From NCBI GenBank assembly GCA_951828235.1, contig OX639965.1, forward strand, positions 2,245,556-2,309,555: a stretch of DNA of 64,000 bases. Direction: 5' to 3'. Of the stretch, positions 46,880 to 56,554 are shown piece by piece. The position numbers were made by a program, and so were the translations under genes. The stretch's first letter is position 1, and each line of letters begins with the position of its first letter. This DNA comes from an uncultured Gammaproteobacteria bacterium (lineage in GTDB: Bacteria > Pseudomonadota > Gammaproteobacteria > Steroidobacterales > Foliamicaceae). The notes beneath the pieces were generated by a model, which saw only the letters and a list, made by a program, of their open reading frames with translations, was not told where the DNA came from and did no database searches.

Positions 46880-47467
46880 ATGAATCTTATGCGGCTCATC
46901 ATTGGAATCTCCGGCGCCAGCGGCGTCATTTACGGCATCCGGCTGCTGCAGGCGCTGCGCGAGACTGACGGCGTGGAAACGCACCTCGTCATCAGCAATG
47001 GCGGCAAGGTCAATATCGCGCTGGAGACGGACTGGAAGGTGCGCGACGTCGAGGCGCTGGCGGATGTCGTGTATTCCGACAGCGATGTGGCGGCGACGAT
47101 TGCCAGCGGTTCCTTTCGAACCGGAGGCATGATCGTGGCGCCCTGTTCCATGAAGACGCTGGGCGCAATCGTGAATTCGTATGCGGCCAACCTGCTCGCG
47201 CGCGCGGCCGACGTAACGCTGAAGGAGGGCCGGAGGCTGGTGCTGGCGCCGCGCGAAACGCCGCTGCATGCCGGCCATCTGCGGCTGATGCACGAAGCGG
47301 CGCTGATGGGCGCGATCGTCGCCCCGCCAGTACCGGGTTTCTACGCCAAGCCGGACACGGTGGAAGACATCGTCAACCACACCGTCGGAAGGCTGATGGA
47401 CCTGTTCGGCCTGGAAACGGACCTGGTGCGCCGCTGGCCAGGCGGCAAGGCGGCAGCGAAGAACTAG
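46880..47467 (+). CDS. ubiX: Flavin prenyltransferase UbiX
   Basis: RLIIGISGASGVIYGIRLL, MIVAPCSMKTLGAI and RETPLHAGHLRLM. ATG 46880 lies only 3 nt after the tRNA, so ATG 46889 is an equally plausible start. Confidence 0.9.
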   Translation: MNLMRLIIGISGASGVIYGIRLLQALRETDGVETHLVISNGGKVNIALETDWKVRDVEALADVVYSDSDVAATIASGSFRTGGMIVAPCSMKTLGAIVNSYAANLLARAADVTLKEGRRLVLAPRETPLHAGHLRLMHEAALMGAIVAPPVPGFYAKPDTVEDIVNHTVGRLMDLFGLETDLVRRWPGGKAAAKN

Positions 47468-47946
47468 GTGGTTGGCGGGCGTCGGGCGCAGGTGGTCCAG
47501 TGGCGAATGCGCCAGTCGCCATTTATTTTTTCGGCCACCAGGGTGCCCATGCCTTCCTTGGTGCGCCTTTGCCCGTCCCTGACGGCGGAGGCGCGGAAAA
47601 CGAACACGCCGTAGGACAGATCGCCGTTTCCGAAGGCGTGCACCAGCTGCGCCTTGTATTCCATGTCCTTGAGCATGCCCAGTTCGAGGCTGAGGTGATT
47701 CTGGTCATAGTCCGCCCAGCCGTAATTGGGATAGCTGGATTCGACACTCAGGAACTCTTCATCCGTGCGCATGCAGGCCTCGACTTCGGAAAGCTCCGCC
47801 GACTCGACGCCCTTCGCGTAACGGTCAAGCAGTTCCTGCAGCTCCTTCTGGATTCCGCTCAGCGTTTCTGCGGGGCCGAGCACGGGCATGTCGGAAATGG
47901 GGCGCGTGACCCATGCCGGCATTTCTCTTCCACCTGGTGCGGCCAT
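47464..47946 (-). CDS. NTF2-fold (SnoaL/DUF4440-like) protein
   Basis: LLDRYAKGVESAELSEVEACM...GVFVFRASAVRDGQRRTKEGMGTLVAEKINGDWRIRHW follows the pattern of NTF2-like cone proteins. Weak, fold-level call. Confidence 0.45.
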   Translation of the reverse strand: MAAPGGREMPAWVTRPISDMPVLGPAETLSGIQKELQELLDRYAKGVESAELSEVEACMRTDEEFLSVESSYPNYGWADYDQNHLSLELGMLKDMEYKAQLVHAFGNGDLSYGVFVFRASAVRDGQRRTKEGMGTLVAEKINGDWRIRHWTTCARRPPTT

Positions 47947-48012
47947 GACGATGTCTCCTGCGGTTGATAAGCGGGGGGCAACTTTACCGCAGTCTCGCTG
48001 TACCGGCTAGAA

Positions 48013-48816
48013 TTGCGCGCCATGAAAGAGAGGAAGACCGCCATCGTGACCGGCTCGGCCACCGGTGTTGGCGCTGCGACGGCCGAGTTGCTGGCAGCCC
48101 GCGGCTGCAATGTCGTGGTGAATTACACCCGCAGCGAAAAGGAAGCGAAGGAGACCGCCGCTCGCTGCGAAGCGGCAGGCGCCGAAACGAGGGTGGTGCA
48201 GGCGGACGTTTCCGAAGACGCCGACTGCAAGTCCATGGCCGCCGCCGCCATGGATGCCTGGGGGCGGATCGACTACCTGGTGAACAATGCCGGGCGCACC
48301 AAGTTCAACCCCTTCGCCAATCTCCACGGCATCGAAAAGCAGGACTTCCTCGACATCTACGCGGTCAACGTGGTGGGCACCTACCAGATGATCCGCGCCG
48401 TGGAACCGCACATGCGGGCCGTCGGCAGCGGCGCCGTGGTCAACAACTCGTCGATCGGCGGCATTACGGGCATCGCGTCGTCGATCCCGTACGCCGCATC
48501 CAAGGCCGCGCTGAACCTGATGACCAAGTCGCTGGCGCATGTGCTGGGGCCTGAAATCCGCATCAACAGCGTCGCGCCCGGTTTGATCCAGACCCGCTGG
48601 CTGAAGGGCGGAATGGGCGATGAGGCGTATGAGGCCATGCTGGAAATGGCACGCGAGGGACTGCCGCTGAAGCAGGTCGCCGAGCCGCAGGATGTCGCCG
48701 AGGTCATCGTCTGGTTCCTGGAAGGCGCGCCGCTCGTCACCGGGGAGACCCTGATTGCCGACAGCGGCGTGCACCTGGGGCAGTTGCCCACGTTGGCAAC
48801 CGGCGACAAGGAATGA
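48013..48816 (+). CDS. Short-chain dehydrogenase/reductase (FabG-like)
   Basis: TAIVTGSATGVGAA (TGxxxGxG), NNAG, and catalytic YAASKAAL. Confidence 0.85.
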   Translation: MRAMKERKTAIVTGSATGVGAATAELLAARGCNVVVNYTRSEKEAKETAARCEAAGAETRVVQADVSEDADCKSMAAAAMDAWGRIDYLVNNAGRTKFNPFANLHGIEKQDFLDIYAVNVVGTYQMIRAVEPHMRAVGSGAVVNNSSIGGITGIASSIPYAASKAALNLMTKSLAHVLGPEIRINSVAPGLIQTRWLKGGMGDEAYEAMLEMAREGLPLKQVAEPQDVAEVIVWFLEGAPLVTGETLIADSGVHLGQLPTLATGDKE

Positions 48817-48847
48817 CGCGCTCGCTCCCGGAACAAACCTGATCACG

Positions 48848-49816
48848 TTGAGTCCGGGGGCGAAAAAGAACGCCACTCTGGCGCAACTCAGGGCGCGGCT
48901 GCGGCTGCCCGCGTTCGCCGCGCCCATGTTCCTGGTCTCGGGTCCCGAACTCGTGATCGAGGCCTGCAGGGCGGGCGTTATCGGCGCGTTCCCGTCCCTT
49001 AACGCCCGTCCTCTCGAGACGCTGGAGGATTGGCTCAAGCAGATTTCGGCGACGCTGGCCGAAGCAGAGCGGGCAAACCCCGGTAGGATCGCTCCCTGGG
49101 CGGTGAACCTGATCGTGCACCGCAGCAACAAGCGGCTGGCCGAAGACCTCGACCTCACGGTGAAATACCAGGCGCCAATGGTCATCAGTTCGCTGGGCAG
49201 TCCGAAGCTGGTGCGCGAGCAGGTGCACTCCTACGGCGGCCTGCTGTATAGCGATGTCAACAGTTTGTTCTACGCACGCAAGGCCGCCGATGCGGGCGCC
49301 GACGGCCTGATCCTGGTGGCGGCCGGCGCCGGCGGGCATACGGGCATGATCACGCCGTTTGCGTTTCTGGCCGAGGTACGCAAGTTTTTCGATGGCGCCA
49401 TCGTGCTTGCCGGCGGAATCTCCTCGGGAGCGGACATAGCGGCCGCTATTGCGATGGGCGCCGATCTTGCCTATGTGGGAACACGTTTCATCGCCGCGCG
49501 TGAGAGTCTGGCTTCGGATTCGTACAAGCAGATGCTGGTGGACAGCGGGGCGGATGACCTGGTTCTGACGCCGTACTTCACGGGTGTTCCCGCAAACTAC
49601 TTGAAAAAGAGCGTCGCAAATGCAGGCATTGATCCGGAGGAATTGCGAAAGGCAAACCCTGAAATCCAGTTTGACAATGAGGAAAAGCGCTCGCGCGCCT
49701 GGCGAGACATTTGGTCGGCGGGGCAGGGAGTAGGGGCAGTGGAACGGGTGCAATCCACCGCGGAACTCGTGTCCGAACTGAAAGAAGGATACCAAAGGGC
49801 TATCGGAAGGCTTTGA
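48848..49816 (+). CDS. Nitronate monooxygenase / NPD-family FMN oxidoreductase
   Basis: LPAFAAPMFLVSGPELVIEACRAGVIGAFP, ADGLILVAAGAGGHTG and GADLAYVGTRFIA. There is no ATG upstream of the conserved N-terminus, so TTG 48848 is chosen and the start is uncertain. Confidence 0.75.
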   Translation: MSPGAKKNATLAQLRARLRLPAFAAPMFLVSGPELVIEACRAGVIGAFPSLNARPLETLEDWLKQISATLAEAERANPGRIAPWAVNLIVHRSNKRLAEDLDLTVKYQAPMVISSLGSPKLVREQVHSYGGLLYSDVNSLFYARKAADAGADGLILVAAGAGGHTGMITPFAFLAEVRKFFDGAIVLAGGISSGADIAAAIAMGADLAYVGTRFIAARESLASDSYKQMLVDSGADDLVLTPYFTGVPANYLKKSVANAGIDPEELRKANPEIQFDNEEKRSRAWRDIWSAGQGVGAVERVQSTAELVSELKEGYQRAIGRL

Positions 49817-49855
49817 CCGCAATCCGGTCGCTAAACGAAGACGAATGAAGATCAT

Positions 49856-49864
49856 ATTTGGTTT
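49856..49864. repeat. Left target-site duplication ATTTGGTTT
   Basis: Identical 9-mer at 51202-51210, immediately outside the two IS ends. Confidence 0.7.
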
Positions 49865-51201
49865 CACTACTGTCCCAACAATATCGGTTTGAGTCTGCAT
49901 AAGGTATTGTTTTGACGAGATAAATATGGGATTTTCGAGGGGCATCGATTTGAACGCCGGGCCGTGCATGCCGGAGTCGGCCTCCCTTATTGTGGCGGTT
50001 TATCCGTTGGGGGAGGCAGGTTATGCATTCCGGACGATACGTGTTTTCGCAGCTCATGGAGCATCTACCGGCCAAGACCTTTCGCCGGTGTGTGCGTCGA
50101 TACCACGGCGACCGGCATGTCCAGTCGTTCACTTGCCTGGACCAGTTCTTGTGCCTGACGTTCGCGCAATTGACCCACCGCGAAAGCTTGCGCGACATCG
50201 AGGTTTGCTTGCGCGCGCATCGCGAGAAGCTCTATCACATGGGGATCCGCGGCGGCATGGCCCGCAACACGCTGGCCAATGCGAACCGGAAACGGGACTG
50301 GCGCATTCACGCGGACTTCGCGCAAGCCTTGATTCGCATCGCGCGCCCACTGTACGCCGAGGAGGATCTCGGGAACGCGACAACACCGTCTACGCGCTCG
50401 ATTCCTCCACCGTCGATCTGTTCTGTCCGTGTTTCCCTGGGCCTTGTTTCGCTCCACCAAGTCCGGCGTCAATCTGCGTACGCTACTGGACCTGCGCGGC
50501 AACATCCCGGCGTTCATCCAAGTGTCCAATGCCAAGTTGCACGATGTCAACGTGCTGGACCTGCTGGTGCCCGAACCCGGCGCGTTCTACATCATGGACC
50601 GAGGGTATGTGGACTTCGAACGTCTGTTTCTACTGCACCGCCTGGGCGCGTTCTTCGTCGTGCGCGCCAAGTCCAACATCCAGTTCCGGCGCCGCTACTC
50701 CGCCGCCGCGGACAAGTCCGCGGGCGTGCGCTGCGACCAAACCATCGTGCTGACCGGCATCGAGACCCGCAAGCGCTATCCTCAGCCGCTGCGCCGAGTC
50801 GGGTATTACGATGCACAATCGGACCGGCGATTCAACTTTCTTACCAACCACTTCGCCGTGCCGGCGGCAACCGTCGCCGAACTGTACCGCCATCGGTGGC
50901 AGGTGGAATTGTTCTTCAAGTGGATCAAGCACCACCTGCGCATCAAGTCCTTTTTCGGCGCCTCGGAGAATGCGGTGAAAACCCAACTCTGGAGCGCCGT
51001 CTCCGTGTATGTGCTGGTGGCCATCGTCAAGAAACGGCTCAACATCTCCGCCGACCTCTACACAATTCTGCAGATACTGAGCCTCACCCTGATCGAAAAA
51101 CTCCCATTGAATCATCTACTTGCAAAAACCCAATACATCCCAGAAAATCAGCACTCAATGAACTAACTGAATTTGTTCACATAATTGTTGGGACACTACT
51201 G
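49865..51201 (+). mobile_element. IS4-family insertion sequence (1337 bp) with an inactivated transposase
   Basis: Ends CACTACTGTCCCAACAAT (49865-49882) and ATTGTTGGGACACTACTG (51184-51201) form an 18-bp inverted repeat matching at 16/18. Flanked by the 9-bp direct repeat ATTTGGTTT. The interior encodes a DUF4372 + DDE (IS4-type) transposase. Confidence 0.8.
50023..51166 (+). pseudogene. IS4-family transposase, disrupted by two frameshifts
   Basis: N-terminal MHSGRYVFSQLMEHLPAKTFRRCVRRYHGDRHVQSFTCLDQF... in frame 1 up to ~50375. NTVYALDSSTVDLF in a second frame (~50380-50425). FPWALFRSTKSGVNL...YRHRWQVELFFKWIKHHLRIKSF (DDE C-terminal block) in a third frame to 51166. Confidence 0.8.
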
Positions 51202-51210
51202 ATTTGGTTT
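51202..51210. repeat. Right target-site duplication ATTTGGTTT
   Basis: Identical 9-mer at 49856-49864. Confidence 0.7.
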
Positions 51211-51284
51211 ATACTCGTTCCTTAAACTTTCAGTTTCTTCCAAAAAAAGACCTTACTCTGGAAGTCCTATAGGAGGGGTGTGAA

Positions 51285-54200
51285 ATGCGTAAATTCCTGG
51301 TAACTGCGCTGTTCCTGACCATGGCGCTCGGTGACGCCGCCTTCGCTCAATCGGCGCAAGATGAAGAAGAAGACGCGGAGGAAATAACACAGGAGGCACC
51401 GGGAGAGGTACCGGAGCAGGTGCCGGAAGAGGAAGCGATGGATGAAATCGTCGTGACCGGCTCCCGAATCCGGCGCGACGAGTTCACCAGCGCAGCGCCG
51501 GTCCAGATCATCGACGGCCAGGTCTCCCGCGAACTGGGCCTGATTGACACGGCGGCATTGTTGCAGAGCGCAACCCAGGCAACGGGCACCCAGATTGACA
51601 GCACCTTTACGGCCTTCGTCGTGGACAACGGCCCGGGCGCTGCTCAGATCAATCTCCGCGGGCTGGGCGTCCAGCGCGTTCTGATACTGCTCAACAGCAG
51701 GCGGGTCGCTCCGGGCGGCGTGGGCGGCGCGCCTACCTCGCCGGACATCTCGACCATACCGAACGTGATGATCGACCGGATCGAGTTACTGCTGGACGGC
51801 GCATCGTCCATCTACGGCTCGGACGCCGTGGCGGGCGTGGCCAACGTAATCATGAGAAAGGACTTCGAAGGGTTCGAATTCGAGGGCGTGTTCGAAGCGA
51901 CGGACCACCCAGGGGGTGGAGAACAGACGATGGGCCTGGCCTGGGGCAGGACCGCCGATAACTGGACGCTCGGAGTGGCCGCCGAGGTCTATGATCGTAA
52001 GCGGGTCCGATTGCGTGACCGCCCCTACACCGAGCAGTGCAACCGCCTCTTTTACGAGGATGAGAACGGCAATCCCTTGAGCAATTACCTGGGTCTGGTG
52101 CCCGGCACCACCTTGAGTCCCTGCGCGCTCAGAACCATGAACCGGGTGTTCATACCGGTCGGTTTCGGCAACGTCTGGTACACGCCGGGCACAACCAATA
52201 TCGGCATTCCCAATTTCTCGGAGACGGAAGTTCCCGTGGGATTCACCGGGTTCAACCCCGCGGCCATCGTGCCGATTGATACCGATGGCGACGGCATCCC
52301 GGACACGGGCCTGGTGGATCCGGACCGCAACGGCGTCTCGGAGATTGACCTGCAGACGGACGCCTACAACTACAACGGTTCGGACCGGGACCGCGCCGGC
52401 GACCTGCTTCCCAACTCCCGGCGTGTCAATCTGTACGCGTACGGTGAGCACGACCTGGGCAATGCGAGCAACTCGCAGGCGTACTTCGAGTTCCTGTACG
52501 CGAACCGGAAGACGGAAGTCTTCTCGCCCGGGGCCAGCATCTTCCCGGACGTTCCACCCAACAACCCCTACAATCCCTGCAACCAGTTCCAGCCCAACGG
52601 GGCCAACTGCCTTGGGTTCTTCGGCTTCAATTTCGGGAATTTCGAGGTGACTCCGATCGTCCACATTCGCGGCGACCGGGACAACAATGACGTAGAAGTC
52701 GAGCAGGTTCGCATGGTGGCGGGAATGCGCGGCGACCTTCCCGGATGGCGGAACAACTCGGGTTTCGGCAACTGGGGATACGATTTCTACTTCAGTCATT
52801 CGTCCTCGCGGGGCACCGATTTCCAGACCGGCATTCTGGAGCGGGAACTGACCCTGTCTCTGGAGACTTCGGTCATGGATCCCGCAACCGGAGAGATCAC
52901 CTGCGGCAATGGTCAGCCGTGCGTGCCGGTGAACATGTTCGCGGACTCGATCTATCAGCCGGGCGGGGGTGATTTCGCTACCCCGGAGGAGCGCGACTTT
53001 GTCTTCGGCCTGCGCAGCTTCGATACGAAAATCTACCAGTCCATATTCAGCGGCGTTCTGCAAGGTGATGTGGCGACCTTGCCCTGGAACAACACCTCTA
53101 TCCCGCTGGTGGTGGGTGTCGAATACCGGGAGGACGAGATCAACTCGATACCGAACGACGTGGCCCGCGAAGGCCTGCTGATCGCCTTCTTCCGCGACGG
53201 CGGGGCGGTGGGCAAGCGGGACATCACAGAGCTGTTCATGGAAACCGAACTGCAGTTGCTGGAGGGTGTCACCCTGGCGCAGGACCTTTCCCTGAATCTC
53301 GCGGTTCGCTGGACCGAAGAGAGCACCTACGGAAGTGATACCACCTACAGTGTCAAGAGCGTCTATTCGCCTTTCGAAGGCATTACGTTCCGCGGCACTT
53401 ACGGCACTTCGTTCCGCGCGCCGAACACGCACGAGCAGTTCCTGGCCGGAACTTCCGGCTTTGCGACCATTTTCGACCCCTGCGTAGTCCCCATCTCTGC
53501 CCGGGATGCGTCGTTGAATCCGAATGAACCGGCGACCTACAATTCGGACGAGGACCTGCGGGAGCAGGCCACGCTCGACAACTGCCGGGCGAACGGCGTG
53601 GACCCGACAACGCTGGGACTGGACGGTCTGAACACGACCTATTCCGTGGAACGATTGCGCAAGGGCGGGCAGCAGGTTCAGCTGGACATCGATCCGGAAA
53701 CCTCGACCTCCTATACCTACGGCATCGTACTGGACCAGCCGTTCTGGGACACCTTCACGCTGCGCGCCGGGGTGACCTATTACGACATCAATGTGGAGAA
53801 CACGATCAGCCAGTTGGGCACGGGCTTCATCGTTAATGACTGCTACGTGGAACAAGCGAACAACGCCAGCGCCTTTTGCCGGTTCATCAACCGGGGCGCC
53901 AATGGCCTGATCGAGCTGGTTGAAGCCAGCTTCATCAACATCAACGCCATTACGTCGCGGGGCATCGACTACAACGTGTACTTTCAGCGTGACTTCATCG
54001 TTGCCGACCGGAACCTGAATATTGACGTGGACTTCAGGGTTTCGCGCCTATTGGAGAACAACTTCATTTTCCGCGACGCCGAGGAGGACGACGCCGGCAC
54101 CCCGGTTGCGCCCGAGTGGGAAGGCACTGCCCTGCTGGTTGCGACCTACGGCAGATACCGCTTCAACTGGCGAGCGAACTATATCCACGGCGAGGAAGAC

Positions 54201-54476
54201 GACCCTGGCGATTTCTTTGTTGGAGCGCCCTGCGCCACGCTGGACGTGATGTGCCGGCCGATTGCGAGGACCGATTCATACTGGACGCATTCCGCCTCGC
54301 TGACCTGGATCCCCCGCGACTGGGAGATCACACTGGGGATAGTGAACCTGTTCGACGAAGAGCCGCCCCTGATGGATAACGGCGCGCCGGAAGTACAGTT
54401 GAACAACATTCCGCTGGGAGCGGGTTACGATCTGCTGGGGCGGCGCGTCTTCCTGTCGGTGAGAAAACAGTTCTAG
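51285..54476 (+). CDS. TonB-dependent outer-membrane receptor (1063 aa)
   Basis: AGGAGG RBS. Signal peptide MRKFLVTALFLTMALGDAAFA, acidic spacer, plug DEIVVTGSRIRR...NLRGLGVQRVLILLNSRR...LLLDGASSIYGSDAVAGVANVIM. Aromatic C-terminus LSVRKQF. Confidence 0.9.
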   Translation: MRKFLVTALFLTMALGDAAFAQSAQDEEEDAEEITQEAPGEVPEQVPEEEAMDEIVVTGSRIRRDEFTSAAPVQIIDGQVSRELGLIDTAALLQSATQATGTQIDSTFTAFVVDNGPGAAQINLRGLGVQRVLILLNSRRVAPGGVGGAPTSPDISTIPNVMIDRIELLLDGASSIYGSDAVAGVANVIMRKDFEGFEFEGVFEATDHPGGGEQTMGLAWGRTADNWTLGVAAEVYDRKRVRLRDRPYTEQCNRLFYEDENGNPLSNYLGLVPGTTLSPCALRTMNRVFIPVGFGNVWYTPGTTNIGIPNFSETEVPVGFTGFNPAAIVPIDTDGDGIPDTGLVDPDRNGVSEIDLQTDAYNYNGSDRDRAGDLLPNSRRVNLYAYGEHDLGNASNSQAYFEFLYANRKTEVFSPGASIFPDVPPNNPYNPCNQFQPNGANCLGFFGFNFGNFEVTPIVHIRGDRDNNDVEVEQVRMVAGMRGDLPGWRNNSGFGNWGYDFYFSHSSSRGTDFQTGILERELTLSLETSVMDPATGEITCGNGQPCVPVNMFADSIYQPGGGDFATPEERDFVFGLRSFDTKIYQSIFSGVLQGDVATLPWNNTSIPLVVGVEYREDEINSIPNDVAREGLLIAFFRDGGAVGKRDITELFMETELQLLEGVTLAQDLSLNLAVRWTEESTYGSDTTYSVKSVYSPFEGITFRGTYGTSFRAPNTHEQFLAGTSGFATIFDPCVVPISARDASLNPNEPATYNSDEDLREQATLDNCRANGVDPTTLGLDGLNTTYSVERLRKGGQQVQLDIDPETSTSYTYGIVLDQPFWDTFTLRAGVTYYDINVENTISQLGTGFIVNDCYVEQANNASAFCRFINRGANGLIELVEASFININAITSRGIDYNVYFQRDFIVADRNLNIDVDFRVSRLLENNFIFRDAEEDDAGTPVAPEWEGTALLVATYGRYRFNWRANYIHGEEDDPGDFFVGAPCATLDVMCRPIARTDSYWTHSASLTWIPRDWEITLGIVNLFDEEPPLMDNGAPEVQLNNIPLGAGYDLLGRRVFLSVRKQF

Positions 54477-54533
54477 GGAGTTTGCGGGAATTCTGCAGCG
54501 GACCGGCCCGATGAAGAAGAAAAGGAGTGGCCG

Positions 54534-56519
54534 ATGAAGATCAGAATCCGTTTTCTGGCGGGCGTATGTCTCGCGCTGCCTCTGTTTGCCATGGCGCAGG
54601 AACAACAGGCGCTGTCCGGGTATGAGGCGTTTGCCCAGGAGCCCGCGATGAGCTCCGCGGCGGTCTCGCCTGACGGCGGGCACCTGGCCACGCTGCAACG
54701 GTTCGCCAAGGACGGCAAGCAGTTCCTGCTGATCTACGACCTGGGCGATATGGCGAAGAAGCCCGTTACGATGGGCTCGGACCGCATGGATATCGTTTCC
54801 GCCGGCTGGGCCAACAATGAGCGGCTTATTGTGCGGTTCCGGCAGGACGTGGACACGCTGCAGAGGCTGGGTGCGGATACCCGTCAGGTCAGCAAGCTGG
54901 CCACCGTGGACCGGCAAGGCAAGCGGTGGCTGGAAATTCCCCGCAGACGCGCCGACCGGCGAAGCGAGTTCTCCAAGACCGTACAGCAATTCGGCGGCGC
55001 GGCCGTTTTTGACCGCTTGCCCAAGGACGACGACCACATCCTGATTTACTACGACGACGATCAGAATTTCGTGGCGGACATCTTCCGGGTCAATGTCGAG
55101 ACAGGCTCGGCCCAGCGGGTGGCGAAGAACAGCGACCGGATCACGATCACCTATATGGACGATGACGGGGATCCCAGGCTTGCCTCCCGTTTTGACGAGA
55201 GCGCAGAGGCCATCATCGAACTGGCCCGGCTGAAGGGAGAAACGGAGTGGATCGAGATCGGCCGCACCCAGGCCAATGTGGACAGCGCCAGCTCGGTATT
55301 CAACGCCTTTCGGGTTGTGGGACCGCCATCAAGCAACGAGTTCTATGTTCTCTCCAACCACGAGACGGACACCGCCGCGATCTACACCTTTGATCTGGAG
55401 ACCCGGGAATTCGGCGAAATGCAGTTCATGCATCCGCAATACGACGCGACCGGAGTCAGGACCCGACTGGACGAAGAGAAAAACGATGTGATTATCGGGT
55501 TCACGTTCACGGGAAAGGGGGGCGATGTCTTTCTGGTGGATCCGAAGGAAAAGGCGCTTTACGAGGCGCTCAACGGGATATTGCCGGACACGGCGAACAG
55601 CATCGTATCCCGTTCGCTCGACGGCAACACGATGGTCATTCGCGCCGAAGGCCCCCGAATGCCGCCGTCCTGGTATCTGCTCAAGGACGGCCGCCTGGAT
55701 ATGCTTGGCCGTTCGATGCCGTTCCTGACCGAGGACATGCTGGCCGACGTGGAGTGGGTCCGCTATAAGGCGCGTGACGGTATGGAGATTCCGGCGCTGG
55801 TGACGGTACCGCAGGGGGACGGTCCTTTCCCGCTAGTGGTCCTGCCCCACGGCGGGCCGGTTGCGCGGGACTATTGGGGCTTCGACGTCTGGGCGCAGCT
55901 GCTGGCCTTCCACGGCTACGTGGTGATTCAGCCGCAGTTCCGTATCTCGTCGGGTCTTGGCCGGAAGCACCTGGAGGCGGGCTACGGGCGCTGGGGCCAC
56001 GAAATGCAGGACGATCTCGAAGACGCGATCGGCTATCTGACGGACCGGGGTTTGGGCGATCCGGGCCGTGCCGCCATATTCGGCTGGAGTTACGGCGGAT
56101 ACGCTGCTTTTGTCGGCTCCTTCCGGGACCCGAATCCGTTTCGCTGCGCTATCTCAGGGGCCGGTGTCGCCGACCTGCCGTACTTCAGGGCCTGGCTGGC
56201 CGATTCCGGGACCCTGCTGGAAAAGGCGTATCGGCCCACCGTGGACGGCCTGAGCCCTCTCGAGCACGTGGACAGCGTCGATGTCCCCATCCTGGTCATC
56301 CACGGCGACATTGACGAGCGCGTGCCGGTGGCGGAGAGCCGAAAATTCGTGGACAAACTCAAGCAGTACGACAAGCAGCACAAGTACATCGAGCTTGAGG
56401 ACGCGAACCACTTCTTCGGCACGATCTACTACCGCCACTTCATGCAAATGTATCCGGCCATGATCGACTGGCTGGACAACACCTGCAGCCTCAAGGCCCC
56501 CGCGACGGCCGCAAACTAG
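54534..56519 (+). CDS. S9-family serine peptidase (prolyl oligopeptidase/dipeptidyl peptidase type), exported
   Basis: Signal peptide MKIRIRFLAGVCLALPLFAMA, beta-propeller-like N-terminal half, catalytic FGWSYGGYAAF, HGDIDERVP and DANHFF. Confidence 0.85.
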   Translation: MKIRIRFLAGVCLALPLFAMAQEQQALSGYEAFAQEPAMSSAAVSPDGGHLATLQRFAKDGKQFLLIYDLGDMAKKPVTMGSDRMDIVSAGWANNERLIVRFRQDVDTLQRLGADTRQVSKLATVDRQGKRWLEIPRRRADRRSEFSKTVQQFGGAAVFDRLPKDDDHILIYYDDDQNFVADIFRVNVETGSAQRVAKNSDRITITYMDDDGDPRLASRFDESAEAIIELARLKGETEWIEIGRTQANVDSASSVFNAFRVVGPPSSNEFYVLSNHETDTAAIYTFDLETREFGEMQFMHPQYDATGVRTRLDEEKNDVIIGFTFTGKGGDVFLVDPKEKALYEALNGILPDTANSIVSRSLDGNTMVIRAEGPRMPPSWYLLKDGRLDMLGRSMPFLTEDMLADVEWVRYKARDGMEIPALVTVPQGDGPFPLVVLPHGGPVARDYWGFDVWAQLLAFHGYVVIQPQFRISSGLGRKHLEAGYGRWGHEMQDDLEDAIGYLTDRGLGDPGRAAIFGWSYGGYAAFVGSFRDPNPFRCAISGAGVADLPYFRAWLADSGTLLEKAYRPTVDGLSPLEHVDSVDVPILVIHGDIDERVPVAESRKFVDKLKQYDKQHKYIELEDANHFFGTIYYRHFMQMYPAMIDWLDNTCSLKAPATAAN

Positions 56520-56537
56520 CCCCCGGCCGGCGGGCCC

Positions 56538-56550
56538 GGGCGGGACGCCC
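56538..56550. repeat. Core of the GC-rich hairpin repeat (GGGCG-GGA-CGCCC) in a convergent gap
   Basis: Same 5-bp stem as the GGGCG-TCC-CGCCC core of copies 1 and 2, with the loop in the opposite sense. Lies between the peptidase stop (56519) and the MFS stop (56555). Confidence 0.4.
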
Positions 56551-56554
56551 CCGA

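Noticed and set aside
49865-51201. Alternative IS boundary model: a 10-bp inverted repeat (TCCCAACAAT/ATTGTTGGGA, 49873-51193) with an 8-bp duplication CACTACTG.
   Set aside because: It would leave the additional flanking 9-mer direct repeat ATTTGGTTT unexplained. The 18-bp IR plus 9-bp duplication model explains all the repeats and gives CA...TG termini.
51786-53855. 689-aa minus-strand ORF opposite the large TonB-dependent receptor.
   Set aside because: A shadow ORF of a GC-rich coding region. No motifs, and the plus-strand frame has plug and barrel signatures and a proper RBS and signal peptide.
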